Assembly: GCA_902778125.1 (NCBI GenBank)
Contig: CACYWH010000012.1
Location: 1-60,047, forward strand
DNA: 60,047 nucleotides
Direction of reading: 5' to 3'
Origin: an uncultured Erysipelotrichaceae bacterium
Lineage (GTDB): Bacteria > Bacillota_I > Bacilli_A > RF39 > UBA660
Positions 8,050 through 17,963 of this stretch are shown here, piece after piece (positions within the stretch are counted from its first letter, which is position 1; every line of letters starts with the position of its first letter). The notes beneath the pieces were generated by a model. It was given only the letters and a program-made list of their open reading frames with translations, was not told where the DNA came from and searched no databases. A program made the position numbers and the translations under genes.

Positions 8050-10539
8050 TTACTTTCCACAGCATTGTTTATATTTACGACCCGAACCACATGGACAAGG
8101 ATCATTTCTACCTATCTTTTTATCTGTTTTTTTAGGTTTAGACTTTACTCCTTCTTTTCCATCATTAGTTCTTATATTTTTTACTTCTTCTCTTTGTGTA
8201 TTTTGTCTAACTTCAGCATTCAATAAATATGAAGATATCTCGGCGCTTATATTTGCTAACATGTTATCAAACATTTGGAATCCTTCTAATGCATAAACCT
8301 GAAGTGGATTACTTTGGGCATAACCACGAAGTCCAACACCTTCTTTTAATTCTTCCATTGCATCTAATTGATCCATCCAATATTTATCAATTATTCTAAG
8401 TGATATAGATTTTTCAAAATCATTTTGTATCTCTTCTGGTATATCTTTAAGTTTATTATTATAATCATCTACTACTATATTATATAAATGTTCACTTAAT
8501 TCTACAGTATCTTTATCTTTAAAATCATCTTTAGTAAGTTTTCTTTTCTTAAGTAAATTATTATTAAATTGTTCCATAATATTGTTAATATCATTATCAG
8601 TTAATACCTTTTCAGTTAAATGAGCATTAATTTGGTTATTAACAAAATCTTTAAATGTTGAAAGTACTCTATCACGAATACTATCTTGATCTAATATTTC
8701 ATTACGTCTTTCATAAATAATTTCTCTTTGTTTAGAAATAACATTATCATAATCAAGTAATGCTTTTCTTCTATCAAAGTTAAAACCTTCAACTTTCTTT
8801 TGAGCAGATTCTATACTATTAGAAATAAATTTATTTGATATTGCTTGGTCCTCTTTAATACCTAAATTAACCATTACAGCTTTCATTCTTTCAGAGCCAA
8901 ACTTAACCATTAGATCATCTTCCATTGATACAAAGAATCTAGTTGTACCTGGATCTCCTTGACGACCTGCTCTACCACGAAGTTGGTTATCTATACGTCT
9001 AGAATCATGTCTTTCAGTTCCTATTACAAATAATCCACCTAATTCAGCAACTCCTTCACCAAGTTTAATATCAGTTCCACGTCCTGCCATATTTGTTGCT
9101 ATAGTAACAGCACCTTTTTTACCAGCGCCTTCAATTATATGTGCTTCTCTTTCATGATTCTTTGCATTTAATAATTCATGTTTAATTCCAGCTTTTGTTA
9201 ATAATTGACTCACAAGTTCACTAGTTTCTACTGATGCAACACCAACTAGTACTGGTCTACCAGTTGAATGTATTTCTTTAACTGTTCTAACTACTGCTTT
9301 AAATTTACCATTTAAAGATGGATATATTAAATCAACTTGATCATCACGAATAACTGGTTTATTTGTAGGGATACATACAACGTATGTATTATAAATATTT
9401 TGGAATTCTTCTTCTTCAGTTTTTGCTGTACCAGTCATACCTGATAATTTATTATACATTCTAAATAAATTTTGGAATGTTATTGTAGCAAGAGTTTTTG
9501 TTTCTTCGTTAATAGTAACATTTTCTTTAGCTTCTAATGCTTGATGTAATCCTTCACTAAATTGACGACCATACATAAGTCTACCAGTAAATGTATCTAC
9601 AATAATTACTTTATCATTTTCAACTACATAATCAACATCTTTTTTAAATGCATAATTAGCTGAAAGTGCCTTATCTAAATTATGTACCATAACACTATTT
9701 TTAATGTCAAATAAATTATCCAAATTTAAAAGTCTCTCTGCATGATGTACACCTTCTTCAGTTAAAGTAACTTTCTTAGTTTTTTCATCTAATACATAAT
9801 CATCTATTTTAAGTGCCTTAGCCACTCTATCTGCTTCTTTATAAACATTTGCAGTTTTAGCAATTCCACCAGAAATAATAAGAGGTGTTCTTGCTTCATC
9901 AATTAAAATTGAATCCACTTCATCTATTATTGCAAAATTAAGTCCTCGTTGAGTTCTATTTTCTTTATGTACAACCATATTATCTCTTAGATAATCAAAT
10001 CCAAGTTCATTATTAGTTGTATATGTTATATCAGCATTATACGCTTCTTGTTTTTCTTTAGGACTCTTATCACGAATATTTATACCAACTGTAACACCAA
10101 GTAAATCATATATTGGTCCCATCCATTCTGCATTACGAGTTGATAAGTATTCGTTAGTTGTAATTACATGTACTCCTTTACCTTCAAGAGCATTTAAATA
10201 AGCAGGTAATACTGTAGTTAATGTTTTACCTTCACCAGTTTTCATTTCAGCAATATTACCACGATGTATTGCAACTCCACCTATTAATTGAACTCTAAAT
10301 GGTTTTTCTCCTATAGCACGAAAACAAGCTTCACGTGCAAGTGCAAATGCTTCTGGAAGAATATCATCTAAAGTTTCACCATCTTGTATTCTTTTTTTAA
10401 ATTCTTCTGTTTTAGCTTTAAATTCAACATCTTTTAATTTTTGCATGTCTTCATCCAAAGCTTCTATTTTATCAACTATTTTATTTATTCTTTTTAATTC
10501 TTTAGTTTCATAATCAAATAAATTCTTAAATAAGCCCAT
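8050..10539 (-). CDS. secA: Preprotein translocase ATPase SecA
   Basis: EMKTGEGKT, IIDEVDS, ATNMAGRGTDI, RRIDNQLRGRAGRQGDPG and C-terminal SEC-C GRNDPCPCGSGRKYKQCC. Confidence 0.99.
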   Translation of the reverse strand: MGLFKNLFDYETKELKRINKIVDKIEALDEDMQKLKDVEFKAKTEEFKKRIQDGETLDDILPEAFALAREACFRAIGEKPFRVQLIGGVAIHRGNIAEMKTGEGKTLTTVLPAYLNALEGKGVHVITTNEYLSTRNAEWMGPIYDLLGVTVGINIRDKSPKEKQEAYNADITYTTNNELGFDYLRDNMVVHKENRTQRGLNFAIIDEVDSILIDEARTPLIISGGIAKTANVYKEADRVAKALKIDDYVLDEKTKKVTLTEEGVHHAERLLNLDNLFDIKNSVMVHNLDKALSANYAFKKDVDYVVENDKVIIVDTFTGRLMYGRQFSEGLHQALEAKENVTINEETKTLATITFQNLFRMYNKLSGMTGTAKTEEEEFQNIYNTYVVCIPTNKPVIRDDQVDLIYPSLNGKFKAVVRTVKEIHSTGRPVLVGVASVETSELVSQLLTKAGIKHELLNAKNHEREAHIIEGAGKKGAVTIATNMAGRGTDIKLGEGVAELGGLFVIGTERHDSRRIDNQLRGRAGRQGDPGTTRFFVSMEDDLMVKFGSERMKAVMVNLGIKEDQAISNKFISNSIESAQKKVEGFNFDRRKALLDYDNVISKQREIIYERRNEILDQDSIRDRVLSTFKDFVNNQINAHLTEKVLTDNDINNIMEQFNNNLLKKRKLTKDDFKDKDTVELSEHLYNIVVDDYNNKLKDIPEEIQNDFEKSISLRIIDKYWMDQLDAMEELKEGVGLRGYAQSNPLQVYALEGFQMFDNMLANISAEISSYLLNAEVRQNTQREEVKNIRTNDGKEGVKSKPKKTDKKIGRNDPCPCGSGRKYKQCCGK

Positions 10540-10614
10540 ATCATCATCTCCATATCAATTATTATAACAAAGAAAAAAAGAAAAGTGAATATTTTCACTT
10601 TTCAAACTAAATTA

Positions 10615-11145
10615 CTAATTAGCTTCGATTACTCCATAATCTCCATCATGTCTCTTATAAACAACATTAATTTTATTTGTATCAACATTTTTAAATACAA
10701 AGAATGTGTGTCCTAATAGTTCCATTTGAGTTATAGCTTCTTCTTCATCAATTGGTTTTAAGAAAACTTCTTTTCTTCTTACAATTGTTTGATTATCTTC
10801 TTCAAAATAATCTTCTATTTCCATATCAGGAACTGCATCAGCAACTTTTGATTTTTTACTAGTAATTTTATCTTTATATCTTCTAAATTGTTTTTCTAAT
10901 TTATCAACCACTAAGTCTATAGCAGCATATAAGTCTTCATTTACCTCTTCAGCTCTTACATTATATTTACCACTCCAAATAGTAACTTCTACTTTTTGAT
11001 CTTTTCCTTTAGCAGAAATTAATGCTTTAGCTTCCATTTCATCATTATCGTCTAAGTATTTAGTAACCCTCTCTAATTTACTTTTAATGTAATCATTAAT
11101 AGCATCAGTAACTTTTAATTTGTCACCACGGATATTATATTTCAT
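10615..11145 (-). CDS. hpf: Ribosome hibernation promoting factor (long HPF)
   Basis: DLYAAIDLVVDKLEKQ, EEAITQMELLGH, VVYKRHDGDYG; canonical position upstream of secA. Confidence 0.95.
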   Translation of the reverse strand: MKYNIRGDKLKVTDAINDYIKSKLERVTKYLDDNDEMEAKALISAKGKDQKVEVTIWSGKYNVRAEEVNEDLYAAIDLVVDKLEKQFRRYKDKITSKKSKVADAVPDMEIEDYFEEDNQTIVRRKEVFLKPIDEEEAITQMELLGHTFFVFKNVDTNKINVVYKRHDGDYGVIEAN

Positions 11146-11238
11146 ATCATCCCTCCTAATACTAGATTATCATATTTTCTATATTTATTCTACAATTACA
11201 CAAAAATTTGACAATTTAAAAATACACCGAAGTGTATT

Positions 11239-11460
11239 TTATACTCTAGTCATTTCAACTTCTTTAACATTGATAGCTTGATTTCCTTTAGCAGTTTCAA
11301 TAAGAGTAAATTCTACTATCTCGCCCTCTTTTAAAGATTTATAGCCTTCTTGTTCAATTGCAGAATAATGAACAAAGATGTCTTCATCTACTAGTCCTTC
11401 ATATTCGATAAATCCATATCCTTTTTCATTATTAAACCATTTAACACGACCTCTACTCAT
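11239..11460 (-). CDS. Cold shock domain protein
   Basis: [15 protein letters not shown] and DIFVHYSAI (RNP1/RNP2). Confidence 0.95.
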   Translation of the reverse strand: MSRGRVKWFNNEKGYGFIEYEGLVDEDIFVHYSAIEQEGYKSLKEGEIVEFTLIETAKGNQAINVKEVEMTRV

Positions 11461-11702
11461 AACACACCTTCCCTTCTTGATTTAATAATAAACTACTTAT
11501 ATGTTGCGCGCAATTAAAATCATACCCAAAAATTCGACAATCTTCTTATTTTTGTTATAAAGTTATAATTATTTGTCATTAAAGAGATTGAGAGCATTAA
11601 ATCCATTATTTTTAAAAAATTAATGACATTATTTAAAATTATTATACAACTTATAATAATTTTGTATCCCGATATATTATTATCATAATTGAGGAAGAAA
11701 GA

Positions 11703-12311
11703 ATGAAAGAATTAGTAGTAAATAAAATAATGAATAATGTTAGTAAATATTATAATTATGACGATGTTAAACTTAAAGAAATAAAATACGGAATAGAGTC
11801 TATTTATCTTACTATTACTAAAACTATTGTTGTAATCATTATTTCATTATTATTAAATACTACTAAAGAATTAATGTGGTTTATGCTATTTTATGGATTA
11901 CTTCGAATCACTGCCTTTGGATTACATGCTAAAAAAGCATGGCATTGTTGGGTCCTTTCACTAACGTTATTTTCCTTAATACCTTATCTTATTAAAGTTT
12001 TAATTATTAATAAATATATTTCATTATCTTTATTTATCATATCAACTATTCTGTTTATTATATACGCACCAGCTGATACAGAAAAAAGGCCACTTATACA
12101 TAAAAGGAAAAGAATTATTTATAAAATAATTTCTATAATAATTTCTATAATATATATGACTATTAGTCGTTTTACAGGAAGTATTATTTCAAATTCATTA
12201 TTATTTGCAGAACTTATGCAAGTAATAATGATTCTCCCAATTAGCTATAACCTTTTAGGTCTTAAATATGACAATTATAAGAGTTATAGGTCGAAAGGAG
12301 GTAAAAAATGA
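11703..12311 (+). CDS. agrB: AgrB-family autoinducing peptide processing protease
   Basis: LRITAFGLHA..AWHC (catalytic His/Cys), YAPADTEKRP, multiple TM helices. Confidence 0.92.
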   Translation: MKELVVNKIMNNVSKYYNYDDVKLKEIKYGIESIYLTITKTIVVIIISLLLNTTKELMWFMLFYGLLRITAFGLHAKKAWHCWVLSLTLFSLIPYLIKVLIINKYISLSLFIISTILFIIYAPADTEKRPLIHKRKRIIYKIISIIISIIYMTISRFTGSIISNSLLFAELMQVIMILPISYNLLGLKYDNYKSYRSKGGKK

Positions 12312-12424
12312 AATTATTTGCTGCTGTTTCAGCATTTCTAGGTGCTTTAGTTGCTGCTACTGCTACTGCTGGATGCATTATAGTATATGTTGACGAACCT
12401 GAAATGCCTGAATCATTATTATAA
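12308..12424 (+). CDS. agrD: AgrD cyclic lactone autoinducer precursor, 38 aa; absent from the ORF track
   Basis: MKLFAAVSAFLGALVAATATAGCIIVYVDEPEMPESLL*. AGGAGG RBS, ATGA overlap with agrB, amphipathic leader, Cys core and acidic EPEMP tail. Confidence 0.9.
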   Translation: MKLFAAVSAFLGALVAATATAGCIIVYVDEPEMPESLL

Positions 12425-12473
12425 TAAATAAAAATCTAGATTATTCTGAACTGAACCCCAAAAGTTGGACAGT

Positions 12474-13255
12474 TTATAAGTAATAATTAATATAGTCATC
12501 TATTGCTAAAATTAATTCATCTATATTTTTATATTTATCTTCTTGATCATAAAACATTTCTGTTTTAAGTAGTCCAAAGAAATTTTCCATCATTCCATTG
12601 TCCATGCTATTTCCTTTTCTAGACATACTTTGTTTTATTCCTTTATTCTTTAATCTTTGTTGATAAGATTGATGCTGGTATTGCCATCCTTGATCAGAAT
12701 GGAATATTAATCCTTCTAATTTTTTATCATCAAATGCTTTATCAAGCATATCGTTTATTTGATCTAAGTTAGGTGATTTAGAAGTATTATAAGATATAAC
12801 TTCGCCATTATATCCATCTAATATTGGCGATAAATAACATTTCTCTCCACGAAGATTAAATTAAGTTACATCTGTATACCATTTTTGATTAGGTTTATCA
12901 GCACTGAAATTTCTTTCAATCAAATTATTAGCTATTTTGCCAATAGTTCCTTTATAAGAAGAATACTTTCTTTTATTTCTTTTTAATGGCTTTAAGCCTA
13001 ATTTAGCCATTAATCTATATACTTTTTTATGATTCACATCATATCCTTGATTTTTAAGTTCTAATGTAATTCTACGATAACCATATCTTTCTTTATTATT
13101 AATAAATATTTTTTTAATTTTATCAATTATTTCTTTATTTTTATCATCTTTATTTGTTTTAGATAAAGTATAATAATAGACTGATTTAGCTAAACCAGAT
13201 ACTTGTAGAAGAATCATTAATGGATATATTAGCCGAAGTTCACTTACAACATTTA
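12474..13255 (-). pseudogene. IS3 OrfB DDE transposase with internal stop and truncated C-terminus
   Basis: YGYRRI, WYTDVT then TAA at 12861-12863 where a sense codon is expected; HSDQGWQY and MENFFGLLKTE follow in frame; ends abruptly at YINYYL next to the IR. Confidence 0.88.
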
Positions 13256-13759
13256 CTTTTTCTTCTGTTGTTGATTCTTCCTTGCTTGAACAACGGCTCT
13301 CAATTTTTTTGAATAGTCTAGCTCCGCTTTTAAATATAGATTTTCTTCTTCCAATCTTTTTATCTTTTCTTTATCAGTTTCATTTTCTTTTTTCTTTGTA
13401 ACTTTTGGCATAGTTGACCGTCCTCTCTTTCGCTCAACTATATTATACCCATTTTCTTTATATTTTGAAATCCAGTTTCTCAGCATTCCATCACCAAGTA
13501 AGCCAATATCTAAAGCAACAGCCCAAATAGGTTCATTATTTATTAAAACTCTATCAATAGCTTCCTGCTTTTCATGTTTGAGATGAACTTTATTTTTATT
13601 GGTTCTTAAAATATCAAATCCATGTATATCTATTAATTTTAATAAATAACTTACTACGGATTTTCGAATTTCATATTTTTTAGATAATGAATTTATAGAT
13701 AATCCCGATTTTTTATCATTATACAAATTTATTTTATCTTCATAACTTAATTTACTCAT
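13253..13759 (-). CDS. IS3 OrfA (HTH) transposase subunit
   Basis: LRNWISKYKENG and LEEENLYLKAELDYSKKL; ends in an A-rich AAAAAG slippage-type site overlapping orfB. Confidence 0.88.
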   Translation of the reverse strand: MSKLSYEDKINLYNDKKSGLSINSLSKKYEIRKSVVSYLLKLIDIHGFDILRTNKNKVHLKHEKQEAIDRVLINNEPIWAVALDIGLLGDGMLRNWISKYKENGYNIVERKRGRSTMPKVTKKKENETDKEKIKRLEEENLYLKAELDYSKKLRAVVQARKNQQQKKK

Positions 13760-13794
13760 ATAAAAACCTCGTTTCTATGTCCAAGAAACGGGGT

Positions 13795-15105
13795 TCATAT
13801 CAATTCTTTATCTAGATTTTTTACATATATCTTAGTAATAAAAAACTTATCAACCTTATTTTGTTCTAATCTAATGTTATTGTTATTATTTATTAATGTT
13901 TTAACTATATATAATCCAAGTCCTCTGTTTTTACCCTTAGTAGAGTAATTTTTATTATTGATTTTTCCTAAATCAATTTTATTTTTATATGAATTGCTTA
14001 ATTCAATTACAATATTATTATTATCTTCATAAACATCAAAATTAACTATTTTTTCATTACTATTTTCACTTGCTTCTATTGCATTATCAAAAGTAATACC
14101 AACTATCTTACATACTAAAGTATAAGTATTAGAATCCAAATTACTTAAAGAAGATGATAATTGTTTAGAGATATTAATATTTATATTCAAGTTTTTATTT
14201 TTAACTTCACTAATTTTATAATAAATTATTCCTTTTAATCCAGATGGTAATTTATATATATTTTTAATATCGATGCCTTTCTTGCTATATGTATTTATTA
14301 ATTCATCTAAAGTTTCATTAAACTTTTTACTATTTTTATTACTATAACTTTTAAGTATCAATAAATTATTAAGCATTTCATGTCTATTAATTCTATCCTC
14401 TTCTATTTTCCTTTCATAATCAGCCATAAAATCTAACAATGCTTCAGTTTTAGATATCTCCTTTTCTACTTTTTGTTCATTGTATATAACCATAATTATA
14501 AAAATGGAAAAAATAATTAATAATACAATACTGCTTATGTAATTTGTATATGTTAAAAAAGAAATATTTTTAAACGCGATAACTAACATAGCAACTAATG
14601 AAAAAATTAAAATTATCAAAGGAATTATGCTTTTATCAAACATTTTCATAACTTTATCAGATATTTTTTTAATAATACTATTTCTAGCTATAATGTATGC
14701 AAGAAAAGAAATTGATATTGATATTAACACCTTTATACCTATTTTTTCATCGATAGTTTTTAAATCAATAATTTTTGAAACAAGTAAAAAAACATCTAAT
14801 ATTATTTCTGATATTACTACAAATATATAACTTATTGTTCCATATACTATTGTTTTTCTTAATGTATCTTTATAAATAATTAGTTCTAAAAACAGTAGAA
14901 TTCCAAAACTAATATATGCTCTCAAAGCATTGGAATTTAAATATGTGTTATATGTTATGAGCATACCAGCCAATATTATTAATATATGGTGAATATATCT
15001 ATATTTTATGTTCGTCTTACTAGATAGTTTTTCATATGCTTTTAATTGAATATAAATTACTATAACAGATAATAATGTATATATTATTAAATCAGTCCAC
15101 TTCAT
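13795..15105 (-). CDS. agrC: AgrC-like membrane sensor histidine kinase
   Basis: Six to seven N-terminal TM helices, H-box RHEMLN, FDNAIEA, STKGKNRGLGL. Confidence 0.9.
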   Translation of the reverse strand: MKWTDLIIYTLLSVIVIYIQLKAYEKLSSKTNIKYRYIHHILIILAGMLITYNTYLNSNALRAYISFGILLFLELIIYKDTLRKTIVYGTISYIFVVISEIILDVFLLVSKIIDLKTIDEKIGIKVLISISISFLAYIIARNSIIKKISDKVMKMFDKSIIPLIILIFSLVAMLVIAFKNISFLTYTNYISSIVLLIIFSIFIIMVIYNEQKVEKEISKTEALLDFMADYERKIEEDRINRHEMLNNLLILKSYSNKNSKKFNETLDELINTYSKKGIDIKNIYKLPSGLKGIIYYKISEVKNKNLNININISKQLSSSLSNLDSNTYTLVCKIVGITFDNAIEASENSNEKIVNFDVYEDNNNIVIELSNSYKNKIDLGKINNKNYSTKGKNRGLGLYIVKTLINNNNNIRLEQNKVDKFFITKIYVKNLDKELI

Positions 15106-15808
15106 AATTCTCTAACTCCTTTTTATGACTATTTGTAACAACATAATCTTTCATACCATCTTTGAAGATTACTATCATTTGATTCCAGTCTATTTCATAA
15201 ATATTTCTCATATTTAATAATGTTCCTTTTGCTGAAATTCTAAAATAATCAGGTAAAAGTGTTTTAATTGTATTAATTGTTATATTTTGATAATATGTTT
15301 CCTTTTTAGTAACAATTTTTGTTCTTCTTCCATCTCTTTGAATATAATTGATATCAGAAAGTTTAATATTATATTCTATGTTTTTATACATATATCTATA
15401 TACTTTTTCTTTATTCAACATTCTTAAACAAATATCTATGTCTTCTGTTAAAGTTTTTTCAACATCAGTAAATTTGGGTATAAAGTCTAATATTTGTAAT
15501 CTTTGTTTGTATACTTCATAATATAATGATGCATGTGCTGTAATAATTATAATAGGACTATTCCAATCATTGTGAATATCTCTTATATTTCTAGCAATAT
15601 CAATGCCATCTCCACTTGGTAATTCTAAATCAAGAATATATATTGAAATATGTCCAGATGATTTTATATATGATGTTAATTCTTTTGTATTATCTGAATA
15701 TTCATTTATTTTAAAGTTAATTTGATTAGACATCATTCTTTTCATTACTGCATTACAAATTCTTTTTCTGTGACCATCATTATCATCCACAACTACAAAA
15801 TTTATCAT
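15092..15808 (-). CDS. agrA: AgrA-like LytTR response regulator
   Basis: Receiver domain VVVDD...ILDLELP..DGIDIA..IIITAH..K plus LytTR-like C-terminus; overlaps agrC. Confidence 0.88.
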   Translation of the reverse strand: MINFVVVDDNDGHRKRICNAVMKRMMSNQINFKINEYSDNTKELTSYIKSSGHISIYILDLELPSGDGIDIARNIRDIHNDWNSPIIIITAHASLYYEVYKQRLQILDFIPKFTDVEKTLTEDIDICLRMLNKEKVYRYMYKNIEYNIKLSDINYIQRDGRRTKIVTKKETYYQNITINTIKTLLPDYFRISAKGTLLNMRNIYEIDWNQMIVIFKDGMKDYVVTNSHKKELENYEVD

Positions 15809-15893
15809 ATTTTCACCTTAATAAATAATATCATAAGAATATTACATTTTCAATAAAATAAAAATCACAAAAAAACAACTATAAAATAGTTGT

Positions 15894-16529
15894 TTATTTT
15901 AAATCACTTACTGATAATGTATACATACTTTCAGGATCGATTGCTTTTTCTTTATAATATACTTCAAAGTGTAATAATGAGTTTACATTAGTATCTAATT
16001 TATATTTATCTGATGTTGCTATCATTTCTCCTTGTGAAACTTTATATCCAACATTCACTAGAACATCTTTAACATTACTATAAACAGATATTAAATTATC
16101 ATTATGTTTAATCTTTACTACTTTTCCGTATATTTCATTATCTTCAATAGATATAACTTCACCATCTAATATAGAAACTACATCAAAAATTTCATCACTT
16201 GAATAATCTACTCCCGTATTTTGCATATATGTTTCACCATAAACAATTAATGAATCCATCTGCTTTTTTTCATCATCTGACTCAAAGTCATAAAAATATC
16301 TATATACTTTTACACCATCAACTATGTACGGTCTAATAATGTTTTCATTAGTTTCTTTAGCAACTGGTACTGTAGTTTCTTCAAAAACATTATCTAGTGT
16401 CCATTCATAAGTTGGAGTTTCAGATATATAACTTTTAACTCCTGATAAAACTAATATAACACTCATAACCATTACCGCGATTACACCCAAATACAATGTA
16501 GGTAATAATATCTTTGTATACTTTGTCAT
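15894..16529 (-). CDS. spoIIQ: SpoIIQ-like M23 peptidase family membrane protein
   Basis: N-terminal TM, NTGVDY and LHFEV..AIDP with degenerate metal sites; directly downstream of spoIID. Confidence 0.7.
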   Translation of the reverse strand: MTKYTKILLPTLYLGVIAVMVMSVILVLSGVKSYISETPTYEWTLDNVFEETTVPVAKETNENIIRPYIVDGVKVYRYFYDFESDDEKKQMDSLIVYGETYMQNTGVDYSSDEIFDVVSILDGEVISIEDNEIYGKVVKIKHNDNLISVYSNVKDVLVNVGYKVSQGEMIATSDKYKLDTNVNSLLHFEVYYKEKAIDPESMYTLSVSDLK

Positions 16530-16566
16530 TTTTCACTCTCCTAATAATAGAGTGAGCAATTTTCAA

Positions 16567-17505
16567 TTAATTATGCACTAAATCTACTCCTGTATAATAA
16601 TGTTTTAATATTTCATCATATTTAGAGCCGCTTAAAGCCATTGCATTCGCACCATATTGACTCATCCCAACACCATGTCCATATCCTTTGGTAACTATAG
16701 TTACAACTCTATCATCATATTCTATTGTAAAATCAGTAGATCTTAATTTTAATAATGTTCTAATCTTTGTACCACTAAAATTTTTATTGTTAATAATTAC
16801 ATTTTCAACTCTGCCACTATCATATCTGGATATTTTAATATTATTTATTTTGTTATCATTAATACCAAGTTTTGATAAAAATTCTTTTATACTTATTTCC
16901 TTACTTGCTTGTTTATATGAATATTTACTATCCCATGATGAATCTACACCTACTAAATAATCTAATTTTTGAGGAAAAACATGTTCCGAATTTTCTGTCT
17001 TTCCATTTGAGATGGAAAAATAAAAAGATATTATAACTTTATCATTATAAGTTAAATATTCTCCTGCAGTGGAATATACTGCATTAGTTATAATATCGTG
17101 ATATTTATCATAACTTTTTCCCCATTTGTTTTTCATTTCTTCTTCATTTATATAACATTGATCTTTTGTAGTAGATGTTAAATCATATTCTTTTTTTCCA
17201 TTCATTTTATAAAGAGCATATGTTCTTGCAGCAACTGACATTGCTTTTAATGCCTCGTTTTCAAATGATGCCGGCATTTCACATGAAACAACTCCAACTA
17301 TATAGTCTTCTAGTTCTAAATCTATTATTTTATCTTCTTTAAGTACATGTACAATTTTTTCTTCTTTTTTATCGTCTGGTGGTATATAATTGATATCTTC
17401 ACTCTCTTTGTATGTTTTTGATATAATGACAGATTCATTTTTTTGTTGATAGCTTGTTAGCAATATTATAAATGTAAATAAAAATACTATGATTTTTCTT
17501 TTCAT
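16567..17505 (-). CDS. spoIID: Stage II sporulation protein D (lytic transglycosylase)
   Basis: LEDYIVGVVSCEMPASF..EALKAMSVAARTY, GYGHGVGMSQYGA, ILKHYY. Confidence 0.9.
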   Translation of the reverse strand: MKRKIIVFLFTFIILLTSYQQKNESVIISKTYKESEDINYIPPDDKKEEKIVHVLKEDKIIDLELEDYIVGVVSCEMPASFENEALKAMSVAARTYALYKMNGKKEYDLTSTTKDQCYINEEEMKNKWGKSYDKYHDIITNAVYSTAGEYLTYNDKVIISFYFSISNGKTENSEHVFPQKLDYLVGVDSSWDSKYSYKQASKEISIKEFLSKLGINDNKINNIKISRYDSGRVENVIINNKNFSGTKIRTLLKLRSTDFTIEYDDRVVTIVTKGYGHGVGMSQYGANAMALSGSKYDEILKHYYTGVDLVHN

Positions 17506-17532
17506 AGTATATTTTATTAACTTAAAATGTTT

Positions 17533-17961
17533 TTATTCTAACTTCATTATTTTATTTACACGTCTTTTATGTCTTTCATCAGTAGAGTATTCGGTATTTA
17601 AAAATGCATAAACTATATTTTCAGCTTCTTGTGTGTCTTCGGCAAGTGCTATTACATTAGCCATATTATGTTCACTTGCAAGTGATGCTTCTTTTACATT
17701 ACAGACTCTTGCGCATCTTATACCATTTATTTTATTTGCAGCTATTGACATACCAATTCCAGTACCACAAATAAGTATTCCTTTTTCGATTTCATGATTG
17801 TTAATTCCATTGCATAACTTTACAGCATAATCAACATAATCAACACTTTCGCTTTGATTAGTTCCATAATCTACACATGAATACCCATTATCGTGTAAAT
17901 ATTTTTTTAATTTTTCTTTTAACTCTAATCCTCTATGATCATTTGCTATACCTATTTTCAT
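17533..17961 (-). CDS. rpiB: Ribose-5-phosphate isomerase B family
   Basis: IANDHRG, GILICGTGIGMSIAANK, EHNMANV, RHKRRV. Confidence 0.92.
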   Translation of the reverse strand: MKIGIANDHRGLELKEKLKKYLHDNGYSCVDYGTNQSESVDYVDYAVKLCNGINNHEIEKGILICGTGIGMSIAANKINGIRCARVCNVKEASLASEHNMANVIALAEDTQEAENIVYAFLNTEYSTDERHKRRVNKIMKLE

Positions 17962-17963
17962 AA

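Larger units (their letters stand above)
2795..8093 (-). mobile_element. ~5.3-kb integrative element (element 1) inserted in the secA 3' end
   Basis: Bounded by CCACATG cores at 2788-2794 and 8087-8093, with the integrase adjacent to secA. TG(G/C)AAACA-like repeats occur near both ends (2894-2901, 2905-2912; 7937-7944 inverted, 7953-7960, 7993-8000). Confidence 0.8.
12447..13802 (-). mobile_element. IS3-family (IS150-like) insertion sequence, 1356 bp, defective
   Basis: TG...CA termini; imperfect 25-bp IRs TGAACTGAACCCCAAAAGTTGGACA and TGATATGAACCCCGTTTCTTGGACA; ATTC target duplication (12443-12446, 13803-13806). Confidence 0.92.

Noticed and set aside
725-8094. Diverged secA-tail copies as diversity-generating retroelement template and variable repeats
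   Set aside because: No reverse transcriptase in the window; differences are mostly synonymous and not confined to adenines.
11461-11702. AgrA (LytTR) binding direct repeats upstream of agrB
   Set aside because: Only weak AT-rich near-repeats were seen, with no convincing pair at the expected spacing.
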